Part shown: positions 1 to 12,400 of the stretch, piece after piece
Position numbering within the stretch: the stretch's first letter is position 1
Layout of the letters: each line of letters opens with the position of its first letter
From: Lingula anatina
Lineage: Eukaryota; Animalia; Brachiopoda
Direction of reading: 5' to 3'
Length of the DNA: 64,000 bases
Assembly (NCBI GenBank): GCA_051362555.1
Contig: CM120648.1
Coordinates: 4,150,587-4,214,586, forward strand
Notes under the pieces: generated by a model
Databases searched by the model: none
What the model saw: only the letters and a program-made list of their open reading frames with translations
What the model was told of the DNA's origin: nothing
Made by a program: the position numbers and the translations under genes

Positions 1-192
1 TGATGTTTTACAGCAAAAAAAATTTTTTTAACATTTCATATTGGTTCCAAACTTTAAAATTTAAATTGTGAATTGCAGCCAGACTCCTAAAGCATATATT
101 CAGTCATATTAGATTTTTGTTTCAAAGACACCATTAATTTCACTAGTAAGTGTGCACCTAATATCACTTCTAAGATTCAAATCTTTTTTCAG

Positions 193-2183
193 GTCATTAT
201 GTGAAGATTACCTGTCACCAGCAAATTTTGATCTTCCAACAGCTGTCCAGTCAGAGGCCACAAATTATAGTAACACTTGTTCTAATTGGTTATTGCAAAC
301 AGACCCAAAGAGAGGTGGTCTGTCATTGGCAGCTTTGAACAGTAACATTATGCAAATTTGTATAGAGCTTGAAGGGATAGGGAATTTTTCTAAAGTAAGT
401 TGATTTTTTTATTACAACATGTATCAACTGTTACAAGTTAATGAAATATAACAAAAATAGCCAAATCTAAAAAGATTCTTTCTCACCCAAATATTTTGAC
501 ATAACATCAAAGTGATATAATTAATGGCTTCCACAGTCATCTTTGATTTATATTGAAAGTTTGAAATGTGGACAATATCAATTTAGAAACAAAGTAAGTC
601 TTATAAGTATAATTTTTGACACTAGTTGAAATAACGTATTGAAAAAGACTAAAAAATTACTCTAACTTGATCTTTGGTTTTAGGTTCTACAAAGTGAATT
701 CAACAAACTTTTAATAAGTATTCTGTACCCATTGCTGGAGAAGCTGGGTAGCCATGTAGCCATTATTAGCCATACTGCCTATCAAACTCTGTGTACTGTG
801 AGTTCAAGTTGTGGCTACAGGTGATAATATAGACATTTTGTTATTATAATTGGTATAATTATGATATTAAGAAGCATACAAAAAAAATCCTTTTCCTGAC
901 AAATAATAAAATAGATTTAAATAATTGGATCATTTCATATTTCAATTGTAAAACTTTTTTTAAATAATTATCCTTAAGATTTCAGAACACAGTGTACATA
1001 TGATAAGTCATTCCTTTATTCAGTGATAAAAAATTAATATGCTTTATCACTTCAGTGGCATCAGTGAACTTCTTTGCCGCAACAGTGATTATCTGGTGAA
1101 CTCCATATCCCTACGCCTCCGCCATCTTGGTCGTAACCCCCAAGCACCGTTGGTCCTTCAGGTGATTCTACAGTACAGCGATGAAGAAATTATGAACTAC
1201 ATAGAAGATACTATAAAAGAGGTAGGTTTGAAGACCCCCAAAATGATTTGTATGAATACAGATGTGAATTTCCAGTCTGGCCCCAATTCAAACCTCAGTA
1301 AAGCTGGGTCTGGTCAGTAAAAGCCTGTAGCAGTTGATGTTTCGTCCCTGGTATATTTTATACAGGCAAGGGTGTAAGTAAAATACAAGTGCATTTATCT
1401 TAGGAGAGAATTTGAAGTGCCAGCCATGAGATAACGCTTGTCTGAAAGAGCCCTTTGACTATTTGATTCAGATATTGGATGTCCTTGATCAGCATCATGA
1501 TGAAGAAGCGGCCATATTTTTGAGAGTTCTTCACACGCTTTCTGTCTCCATTCTGAGGTGGTACCCACCTGACCAGAAACTGAAAACTGATTGGACAGAA
1601 ACTGATTCCAAAAATAAAGATGTGAAAAGGGAAAAGTTGACATCAGACCAATTGCTGAATTTCTTCTTGGATTACCAAAAACACAAACAAATTGCAGAAG
1701 ATCTGGACAATTCAGATTTTGATGATGAAAAAGAAGATCAAAGCCAGCTCAGTGCAGATGAGAAGCAGTCCAAAATTGATGAGGACAGTCAGTTTGAAAC
1801 TGATCATTCAGAAGAAAAGAAAAAGGAAACACCAAGACACATCAAGCTTATTATGGAGGTGAGTGTCCTGTGCTGAAAAGCAAGTTTTCACTATGGCTGG
1901 CGTTGAGCTCATAGATTCTCGAACCGCAGGCTTTTAAGGTTATAACAGTTTTGGCTCAGACTGTATGTACATTGAATTTTATTTTATTTTTATTTATTTA
2001 TTTATTTATATATTATTTATTTATTATTATTATTTTTATTATTTTTTGCCTTTATAGGTGCTTGAGAGATGTAAACATCTTATGTCGTCTGCTGATCCTA
2101 GACTTCGGCTACTGGTACTGGACATCATTGTATCTGGCTGTCATGTTCTTGCTGGATATCAAGGTCTCTCTCTCCCCCCCCCC

Positions 2184-2221
<38 letters not shown>

Positions 2222-5200
2222 GTTCTTTGTTATCACATGTAGTATTTATATTCACAGTGCATTTATTAAGCCAGCTTGCACAATGAATATTAGAGAGATA
2301 ATGAGTGGGACAACAGCTGGGTTAGATAAACTTTATAAAGTGCCAAAATTTGGACATGTGTCTTGAAGCAATCACACTGATATATTTCAGACGATCTTCT
2401 GCCCCTGGTGCACAAGCTGTGGTCCCCGTTTGTCAATCGACTAAATGATGAGGAACAAGTTGTAATAAGGAAGGTGGGTAAAAGAGGAAAACAATTAGCC
2501 ATGTTCTGAGGTAAATCACTGGATTTTTGCCATCAGATTTATTCTGGGAAAGAACTATTTATTAACCAAGGGACTTATTAATTTTAGTCAATGTTCTGAC
2601 AGTAGAAAGCCTTGAATCATTTCATTACTTTCAAAAGGTCTTAAAGTTTGTGTTTGATAAGATATAACCATGTTTAATAGACTTTAGGGCATGTTAATAT
2701 GTGAAGGTAGAAGTGTTGAAGAGATTACGTTTTATATGTTTGTTTGTTTGTTTCGAACATCAGGATCCTTTTCCTCCAGGCCTTTAAGATTGTGTTGTGG
2801 GTCTTAGCCCATTTTATATTATGGGAGGAGGGTTTAGTTCTGAGTGGATGTCGTGTAGACTTTGCATCATTCATTCTACATTTTTGCCAGGCTTTTCAAG
2901 TGTTGTGTGTAATGGCGGAGGTCAGTAAAGACTTCATTCGGTCTAGAGTGTCCAAGGAGGTGCTTCCAAAAATAGCTGCAGTATTGAAAAAACAAGCCCA
3001 AGTCAGGTATGATGATGTGTTCATATTTTTCTTATTATTCACTTAGTTTTAAATACAGAAATACGTGACAAATATAAATTTAGAATTTGGTGACAAACAT
3101 CTCACCAGTTAATTTCAAGTGTTGCGACATGTTTCGATAATTGACAATGACATACGGTCTTTATTATTAAGATTTCTGTTCAGTGTCTCTCAGTGTTGTA
3201 TTGTTTGTTAGAATTATTACAGTTACAGTTTTTTCTGATTTATAACCTGAGAGTTTTTAAAGTGCAGATCATAATCATATATGGAGTACAAAGTTTAATT
3301 ATTATTATTATTATTATTATTCAGTATTCTTGTTTAGACGTGTACAGTCAATGCCATTCACAAGATTGAAGTCCACTGCAGGCAAATCTAAGACTAGTTA
3401 TTGTGTGACATGTATACAAATGATTGACTGTCACCTAATTTCCAAAGTTTCAGAGTTGGAGCTTCCTATAAATTCACTATGGCCTTCAAAATGCAGGCAG
3501 CTCTACTGCATGGGATAGGACACATCTGTGAACAGGTAACTTTATACCTCTGGTTCACTTTGAGGCAGGGTTGCTTTAAACTGAATACTTACACTAGTGT
3601 GCTTGATTTGGTCTTTAAGTGCAATTTCAGATCATAAATGACCTTGCATGGTCTTCATCATTATGGCAGTAGTCTTAAAATGAACTGAATCTGCTTTTAA
3701 GATCAAAAATGATCTAACATCTGCTTAATTGGTCAAGCAATTTCCTCCCCTCACAATGGAGGACACTTCTGCTCACAATAGGAGAACGTGTGAGGGGAGA
3801 CAATTGCATAACAAGTTTTTAATTGAGGTCTGAAGGTCATTTGAACTCTCTGGGAGGATATTAGATTTAGTACAGTTACCACAAATGGTCAATCAGTGGT
3901 TAGAATTGTTTTCAATTGATACTGCAATGTAACAGTGGTTACCATAATAACTTTAATTTCAGCTGTTGTTAGAAGAAAATTATGGTGTAACTTCCAGTGC
4001 ATAACACAGCTGCACCGTGAAATGTCTTTGCTAATCTTGACAAACTTTCAAGCTTTCAGTGTCAGAGAATGACCTTGACCTAGTGACCTCCTCATGCTTG
4101 CCATATCTCAGTTCAAGACAGCCTCGTCCTTTGCAAGAGGTGAGATCATGAAATGTTTGTTTTAATATTCCAAGTTGCATTGCAAAAAACATGCACAGTG
4201 TATGTATCACCCTTTTTTATGAAAGCAGGTCTTTCTGTATCCCTTTTTGCACTTAAAAATTAGATCTGTAAGAGTAACATATATCAGCTTGGCATACATA
4301 GGTTGACATTGAGTGATGCCAGAAGGAGAGAGAGAAAAAACGCACAACAATTGAGTAGAGTGCCAAAATCAGATATGTCTGTTTTATTAATTTCAATCTT
4401 TTTAAATACAATATTTCATAATTTGTGTCTTACACTTATTTCCCAAAACAAAAACAAATAAATCTGAATATTTCCTTCAAATTTCTATAACAATAGAATT
4501 TCTAAAAATGAATTCATTATCTTCATTAAAGATGCATACAAAGTCAATTTTTTGTCACAAAAACCAACCAAATGCCAGCATAGAGTCTCAAGTGGTATAA
4601 CTAAGAGAATTACCAAAAGGCATTGTTTAATTTTACCCGAAAAAGATGTTTGAACTGATTTTTCTGCTAGAATTTCATGCTGTATGTCAATGGGGCGGAA
4701 AAGCAGGTCATGAAAGTACTGTAGGTTAAATTAACAACAAAAAATTTAAAGAAAGGAGCAGTCTAAAGCTCTTTTATGGCTGATCGAGTGATCTATTCAG
4801 TTTATTCCTTGGCATGTCGAATTTATTTAAGACGTATAAGAAACTAGTAGAAGTGGTTTACATGTGTTACTGGGAATCCATGCTCCACCGATGCTCGGTT
4901 CATATGTACCTTTAATCAAAACATTTTTTATTATCTTTCAGATTTAATATAAAACTGAAAAGTATCTAAATAATCATTTTTCTTTGACATTGTGATTTCT
5001 CTAAACATTCCCTTTATCTTTCTGTTTCAACCAAAACATTTTTTTTTATTTAACAGCTGCACACTTACATCATTAAATAATCTTTTTTTATTATATAAAG
5101 TTTCTCAGAACATCATCATTACTGAACACTTATTACTTTCTTACAACAGTACTTTATTAGAATTCTGTTGACTATTTTATCTATATCTCATCAAGCAATC

Positions 5201-6342
5201 TCTACTTTCTATGGGGAAGTGAGCAATTTTCCTGTCATTGATTGTGCAGTCCCCCTTCCTTTTAAGTATGTAGTGGCATTAATAACAATCAGAAGCACAC
5301 CCTTGCTTTTTATTCCCAGCTCAGCTACTGTAGTAGAGAATTGACCAAGTCCTTCACCCTTTCAGACATTTTAAGATTTTATTTAAGCAGATACTATATA
5401 TATGTATGTAATATGTAAAGGTAAAGGCACAAATTAAGGCCCCTTTCTGCAGTACAAAAAACTTCTTGCCTTATCAATTGAGTGAATGTTTGTTAGTCCT
5501 AGTTCATGATTTCAGGCAGCAATAGGAGCACTAGAATCCCTGACACGGGTGGATGGGGATATCGTCTGGCTAAAACTGGTTGATATTTATCATAAAGACC
5601 CCTTGGTTCCTCCAGATTCCTACTTCCCTGTTGTAAAGGTAAGACTGGGTTCCCCTACCTAGATAGATCTGACAGGATCGATCCATTTCCAAGGGGTTTC
5701 TCACTAAATTACTTTCAGTTTAGACAGCTTAGATGTCTGGCACGCCTACTGAAGCTGCTAAACAATAATTTATTACCCCATAACACCCTAAGTTAATTGC
5801 ACTTTAGTGAGAATCCCGTGGAAGATAGATCGATCCACAGTTAGTGCAATAGGGTCTGGGAATGGTCCCTAAGTTGTATAAACAGTGGCTTGGTCATTTG
5901 TGGTTTTAATGTTAATGACTGTGGTTGCCTGGTTCATCAAATTGCCAAGTCTGTACAGTTGGATTTGGTTAATATTGTAAAGAATATTTAGGAACTAAGT
6001 TGTACTTCAGAAGGAATCTATAAGGCTCATTATCTCTGTTTTTCTGTGCCTCAGAACAAATTATTGTGATTGCCTTGACAAAGAATTTCCTCCTACTGGC
6101 GACAATAGGCCACTTAGCAACTACACTTATCATGAGTCATGCAATTTATCATAAAATTTAAAGTGAATAATTAGAGGCAGGCTACTTTACTTATAGTGAG
6201 AGAGAGAGAAAGATAGAGAGTGCAACACTTCTTCTGCAATACTGAACTGTTTTTAAATTTTTGTATATTTCAGCTCTGTTCACACCCTGGCATGAAGGAT
6301 GAATTTAGCAACAACATAGAGAGATTACTGATGTTGTTGTGA
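193..6342 (+). CDS. TTI1: TELO2-interacting protein 1 homolog, 3' part (11 coding exons; 5' end lies outside the window)
   Basis: GT-AG exons that join in frame: 193-394, 684-820, 1056-1221, 1472-1858, 2058-2163, 2391-2473, 2891-3006, 3448-3535 (or from 3454), 4053-4139, 5516-5638, 6274-6342 (TGA). The peptides LEGIGNF, ILYPLLEKLG, NSDYLVNSISLRLRHL, VLERCKHLMS, LLPLVHKLW, DFIRSRVSKEVLPK, AFKMQAALLHGIG, YLSSRQPRPLQEAA and RVDGDIVW follow the C-terminal HEAT region of TTI1 as I recall it from human. Confidence 0.93.
5675..5836. repeat. Imperfect inverted repeat (MITE-like remnant) in the last TTI1 intron
   Basis: GGATCGATCCATTTCCAAGGGGTTTCTCACTAAA (5675-5708) versus the reverse complement of 5803-5836 (GGATCGATCTATCTTCCACGGGATTCTCACTAAA). 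Confidence 0.6.
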
Positions 6343-6897
6343 AAGCCACTAATAACCTGTTCCTAAATGGAAGATATTGATCACCTGTATTAAAACTTCA
6401 ATTATTATAGTGTATTTATTTACATGACCTAACTTAAAGCTGAACACATTTCGTATTCTGCTTTCAAGAACCTTGCTAGAAAATGTCAACTGAAGCACTC
6501 TCTTGATGCGATGTAGTTTGTCAAGCTCCAAACTTAAAACACTTACTTACAAAACCAAAGTCTTCAAACAACACAGTAAATAAATAAATACATAAATATG
6601 GTTAAGAAATGTGGTGACTCAAGATGTAGACCATTTGATATCAAAAGATGACAATAGCCTCAATATGCAGTAAATCACAGGTGAAATTTTATGACGCTGT
6701 TTCTTTCCTCATGCATAAACGAGAATAAATTTGTTGAAAATACATTGAAGTTTCATTGTTTATATTTCTTAAAGGCATGGATCATGGACAATTAATCTAA
6801 ATATCTAGTAAATATTTCACTAATTACTACTATTTTACAGATTACACACTAATAAAAATCAAGTACAAACAATTCAAGTGAAAATGGAGCCCTTTGC

Positions 6898-8382
6898 TTA
6901 CTTTATACATTGTATTTTGCAAGGAAACAACAGAGACAAGGCCTTCTTGTATTTGTTGTCCAAGAAAGCATATATGAACGGATTGATGGTTGAACTGAAA
7001 ACCACCAGATCCAATGCCACGTTTCTAAATATAATAAACAACTCGGACTCGACATCTATTCCTCGGTTTTGCAACGCTTGGACAATGGTTACTGGTATCC
7101 ACAGTACAAACCACCCAATCAGGGCTACAAATGCCATTTTGGCCACTTTAACGTGCAATTTTCTGGTATTTTTGGGCAGCTGGTTTAAGGCACTATGAGA
7201 AAATGGCTGCACTGCTCCCGATGGTTGCAAAGGCATCGAATTGGTAGCAAATTTGGGGTTCCGAGATGAAGAGGGTCCAGGCACCAATAGATTGTCCATC
7301 GGTTCCATTTCTGGAACAGCAGAAGGCGGAGAGGTTTTACAACTCCGAACTAGGTCACGTGGTAATTGTATGTTCTCATCGTCTTGTCCCCAAGCAATCT
7401 TTCTGCGAGATGATGCCTTTGTAACATCATCCAGACGTTGCACCTCTGTTTCGGTCCTAGCAACAGCCCCGACAGCTTGGTTCGTCTCCTTGATGAAATT
7501 CTGAACGCAATTGCGTCTTTCCCCCATCTCCCGTTGCTCCTTTTGAGAATTCGAGGACTCGGGGCCTTCAGAATTCCCACTTGCAGTGTCTGAGTTTTCT
7601 TTCAAAGCACCTCCCCGTTTACTCGTCGGTTGAAACGGTGGGCTGCCCTCTCGGTCTTCTGGTGTGGGATTTGGCAGAGCACGGACCGGGGCGGAAAGAT
7701 GGTCCACTTGGATATCGTGTTGCCGCACCTTGCGAAATATAGCTATGTAGCATCCGCAGGCCAATAAGAAACACGCCAGAATATGAGGAACATAAATGTA
7801 CACCATTGCCACCTCCATGACCTCAATGACTCTGCATTCTTTCTCTGGAGTCCATGAGTTGAGTCCAAATATCGGCAAAGAGCACAAGATGATAATATAA
7901 ACCCAGCAACCAACCAAGCAAGTTTTTAACTTTTTCCTTGTAACTGTTTGCAGGTATGCTGAATTCCGGCATATTTTGAGGTACCTTTCCATTGCTACGA
8001 GTGTCAGATGAAGCAATGAAATGAGGCATATCGCAGCAAAACTTGTCAGTTTTCCGAAACAAAAATACTTATTGGACGAGAGGCTTTGGAGACGGGGTAC
8101 CATGTATACAAAGTAACTCGCCACTAAATGGTAAGGGATCAGTAGTCCAGATAAAATATCTGCAACAGACATACTCACAAAGATCATGTTTGTTGGAGAT
8201 CGTATCCATTTGAACTTCGCGTAAGAAATGATGACTAGAGCGTTGACGAAAACGTTGACCAGAGAATTTATAATTTCAAACCCCATAAAAGGAATGCAAA
8301 GTGACAAACGTTCGCATGGATTGAACCGTGTTCCAAAATCATCGCCTCGAAAATATTCTGAAATATTTGTCTGGTTTTCCAT
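6898..8382 (-). CDS. Intronless rhodopsin-like (class A) GPCR, 494 aa, long ICL3; ligand unknown
   Basis: Seven hydrophobic segments; TM1 N, TM2 SMSVAD, ECL1/TM3 Cys (NKYFC), ERY, TM4 W, TM6 LWIP, TM7 NPFIY; N-glycosylation sequons at the N-terminus. Confidence 0.92.
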   Translation of the reverse strand: MENQTNISEYFRGDDFGTRFNPCERLSLCIPFMGFEIINSLVNVFVNALVIISYAKFKWIRSPTNMIFVSMSVADILSGLLIPYHLVASYFVYMVPRLQSLSSNKYFCFGKLTSFAAICLISLLHLTLVAMERYLKICRNSAYLQTVTRKKLKTCLVGCWVYIIILCSLPIFGLNSWTPEKECRVIEVMEVAMVYIYVPHILACFLLACGCYIAIFRKVRQHDIQVDHLSAPVRALPNPTPEDREGSPPFQPTSKRGGALKENSDTASGNSEGPESSNSQKEQREMGERRNCVQNFIKETNQAVGAVARTETEVQRLDDVTKASSRRKIAWGQDDENIQLPRDLVRSCKTSPPSAVPEMEPMDNLLVPGPSSSRNPKFATNSMPLQPSGAVQPFSHSALNQLPKNTRKLHVKVAKMAFVALIGWFVLWIPVTIVQALQNRGIDVESELFIIFRNVALDLVVFSSTINPFIYAFLDNKYKKALSLLFPCKIQCIK

Positions 8383-8585
8383 GCTGTTACCTCCTCTACC
8401 ACCCTAGTCGCTGCCACACCGGTTTATTATCTGATACCTTATTGGTGACTTCTGTGGTTTATATAGGAAGCCTATTATCATCACAAAACATAAACCACCA
8501 AGGTCTATGGGCCCACTCCCAATGAAACTGTCGTTCTATGTAGATCAATCCAACTCCGCGGGGACTCTCGCTGAATGCAATCAGA

Positions 8586-8602
8586 TTTATACGCCGCCTC
8601 CT
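8586..8602 (-). promoter_or_regulatory. Putative TATA box with upstream GC-rich motif for GPCR 1
   Basis: The minus strand reads GGAGGCGGCG-TATAAA about 200 bp upstream of the ATG at 8382. A similar AGGCGG...TATAAA layout precedes the paralog. Confidence 0.4.
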
Positions 8603-8914
8603 GGTGTTGATTAGAATATAGAAAAGCTGATGATTATACAATTACGTTTACCTGCCATTTATTTAATAAATTTCCATTAGCGAATGACCCTTTGGGTTTG
8701 GATCGATCTATGTAAAACTATAGTTTCATAGGGAATGGGCACACAAACCTTTGTCTAGTTTGTCGCATATTAAGCAAGATCTACAACAAAACTGTCGTTC
8801 ACGCCCACCATGTACAGTACTTCAAGCAGGAGCTCTATGACGTCTATAAAAACATTATGAGTTTTTGCATGTATTGTCATGTGTTTTTTGTCGTAAATAT
8901 GCGTATCGTAGGCC

Positions 8915-8976
8915 TACTTGTCTATTCTCGCCTTAGTCTGCAAGGTACTTGTCTATTCTCGCCTTAGTCTGCAAGG
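8915..8976. repeat. Perfect 31-bp tandem duplication
   Basis: TACTTGTCTATTCTCGCCTTAGTCTGCAAGG occurs twice in tandem. Confidence 0.9.
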
Positions 8977-9481
8977 TGTGCTGAAATCTTTATTCTCAGC
9001 ATGGATCTGTCGCCATGAAAACGGCAAAACCCAGGTGATAATACCCATCACTGAATGTCCAATTATCTCTGACAGCCTTTGTGTGATGAAAATTGGGCGC
9101 ATTACAAGCCATAAATATGTATCAATATGACAGCGATACCACGGGTTTTGTTCTTTCCTGCATAAGTCTGTACATCTATCGACAAATCTTCTATAATTTT
9201 TTTTTGTTTTTGTTGTTCAATATTACTTGTTTTGTAACACGTTTTATCGAAATTAAACATGAGACTTCCACTGGAATCAACAACGCCTACTGGTGAACCG
9301 CTCATCTCCACTTAACCTAAATGTCGGTTCCATTACCTACAATTGGAAACTTTTACAGTTCATCAGTGGCTCACCACCTATTCAGCATCATCCATTAAGT
9401 GGCAGTACTACCCAACATCACGACATATTTAAATGGCCAGTTATCTGTTTTCAACTACATATATAAGGTTATTGTAACCCA

Positions 9482-12400
9482 TTATTATCATCCAGATACT
9501 GAAAATGAGTTTTTTACTGCATCTAATTATTCGATAATGCATCTATCTTTGTGCTGATTTAAAACAATGAAAAACCCTCGAAATATATAAAATATCGGCG
9601 ATTATATTTTTTCGTTGCAATGTATAGGCATAGGCAACTCAAAGCTTTAATCGTTAATGATTCTATTTTGATGTGAGATAGCAATCGGTATAGGGTGTAA
9701 CTTCATCCCTGAACAAGATTTTATCAAGAAAATTGTTGACCAGGAGAGTTGACCAGGAGAGTTTAGACTACAATCCCGTGCCGTCAGTTTGGTTAAAATG
9801 TTTTTGTTATGGAGTTATGAGTCCCTAATTACAAATTTTTACTAAACAAAGCTATTATTTTGCTTCAGCAACGATAAACTCTGAACTGAGACTTCAGAGG
9901 AAAAATCGCTGGCAGGGTTTTGGAGTACTTAATGGTGTCATAAATTAAGCGTTGAAACAGTGATCGTGGTGCACAGGTAAAAAAAAAATTTTAGAAACCG
10001 ATTTTTTCATTTTGACCAAAAATTACAATTATGACGTCACTCATAGGATAACGTGTGCAAATGTTAAATGTTAATGAAAAAAACCCTAGAAAATACAAAA
10101 TATCGGCGTTTATATTTTTTAGGTGCAATGTATAAGCATAAGCAACTCAAAGCTTATCGTCAATTTAACGTCTTTCTATTTTGAGAACAGATAGCAATTG
10201 GTATTGGGCGTAATTTAATCCCTGAACGAGATTTTATCAAGAAAATTGGCAGAGTTGACCAGGAGTGGATAGGCTACAATCAAGCGCCGTTATTTTGGTT
10301 TAAATGTTTTTGTTATGACGTTGTGAGCCACTAAGTTCACATTTTCACTAAATAAGGCATTACTTGCTTTATCAACGATAAAACTTGAACCAAGGCCTTT
10401 ACGAAAAGTCGCGGGCATTGTATTTAGAACTGAATGGTGTCATTAAATTGGCGTTAAAACGGTGTTCGTGGGTGCTCAGGCAAAGGAGAAATTTTAGAAA
10501 CCAATTTTTTTCATTTGACCAAGTATCACAATTATGACGTCACCTGGAAGACGTCGCCTGTAAGAAATATTAATTAATTAAGTCACTGAAGACTAAAGAT
10601 TTATCGGTTATTCAAAAGAATGCATGAAAGGCAATTAATACGCTTACAGTATCCTTTAATTGCATTAGTGCCAGCGACTGAGTTAATGTAGTAGAAGAAT
10701 ATAACTTGTTTATTAGCGATCGACTGGAGAGATATTTTGCCCACGTCGATTTAATCTGCATTGTAATAGCCCAATATTGATACATGTGGTGTCATCAGCT
10801 CACATATGATATGCGTTGCAGCGTGGTATGCCCCTCTGCATTTGTGCACCGAGCATCTCTTTTCTTACAAATACAGGGGTTTATACACGCGTTTTTCTCG
10901 CAACTGATTACACCAGTACTTGGTTTCCTTCATGCATATTTTTCGTGATCGAATAATCTTCAACCCTATTTTGTCAGCCAAAAATTCAGCATATGGGTTT
11001 AAAGGATATATTTTTGAACGATAAATAAAAGAGCAACTCTGCAATTTCCTTCTCGCTGGTTTGCCTGATAGATAGAAGTTGACAGTACATACGTGAATAA
11101 AATAAAAACATACATAACAAAGCAGCTGCACGAACCTTCGTATCAAATTTTACCAGCATTTGGTTTCCTTTATTGAGCAAGAGTTTGACGTAGTCAATTA
11201 CTCAGGTGTTCTTTTTTTTTTTTTAAGTGACGCACGCGGCACAAATATCCGCGTGATGGCCGCATTATTATGAAAGCGTACGCATCTCGCCCTTTGCTTT
11301 ACATCAACGATGTTGCTTTCATATATAACATAATCTTTGTGATAAGAACTGTTGGTTTTTTATCGACTCGAAATTCACATGGTCATGTCTTGTTCGTCAT
11401 TCACTGGGACCCATAGATGCGAAATTGACCGGACCCACGCTGCATTTGTCTCATACTGTGCATCTTATAAAACACGAAATTGACATAGTCATGCTTATTT
11501 CGAAACTTGCTGGCCCCCATAAATGCAAGAGTGCCTTTTATAACATATAGTCATTTGAAGCTCAAAAATCCACGTGTAAGAGACGAACGCGACATGGGTC
11601 GTGTCAATCTCGCATCTATGGTGTCCAGTAAGTGCATACGAAAAAGACTCAGCAATGTCATTTTCGGGTCTCAAAGCTCTGTAGTAAAAGACGACCGCGG
11701 CATAGGCCTTGTCAATTCCGCTGCAATAGGGCTTAATAACATGCAAAGTAGACACGGTGCATGTCGTTTTCGCATGTAAAGGGGCGTCTAAAAGACACAC
11801 GCGTAGGCTCCTATGGGCCATGGTAGGGTTATTCATTGTTTCGCTTTGCCCATAAATGCCAGCTTATCAAAAAAAATTCACTTTTGTAAAGACCGTGCTT
11901 AAACGACTATTTTGAGGTTTTCAAATTCAATCAACCTCGGTCAAATGGACCATCGGGTAGACATCTTCAAACATTTATTAACAGATTTTAAAAAAATTAA
12001 AAGATTCCCTTATTTATTATATCAATTTTTTTGTTGCCTGCAAAAATCTTATAAAGTGCCTATATACCTGTAACCGATTTGAGTATCTCCCGAAGTTGGC
12101 CATTATAGCCATTTTTCCTCTACAACTGTCGATATCTATGAATCCTCAAGAAACATTTAGTGTGTTACTAAATAAGTCAGGGATAAGCAGGTGCTGCCCC
12201 CTCTAGTCTCTCAACTGTATGTCACCAGCCTCCGGCAGACGTGCACAGGCCACGTGCTGATGTTTAAAAGTCTGTCACTCTCTATGTGAAAAAAGCATTG
12301 GGCTGATGAAATTGTACTGAAGTATCGATGGATCTGCAAGAGATGATCTTTTAGCATATTGGACAGGTTTATTATCATCCAGATACCGAAAATTAGTTTT

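Noticed and set aside
1951-2286. Hydrophobic ORFs such as 1951-2286, 39225-39462, 40495-40717 and 52377-52685
   Set aside because: They are translations of microsatellites and AT-rich intron sequence.
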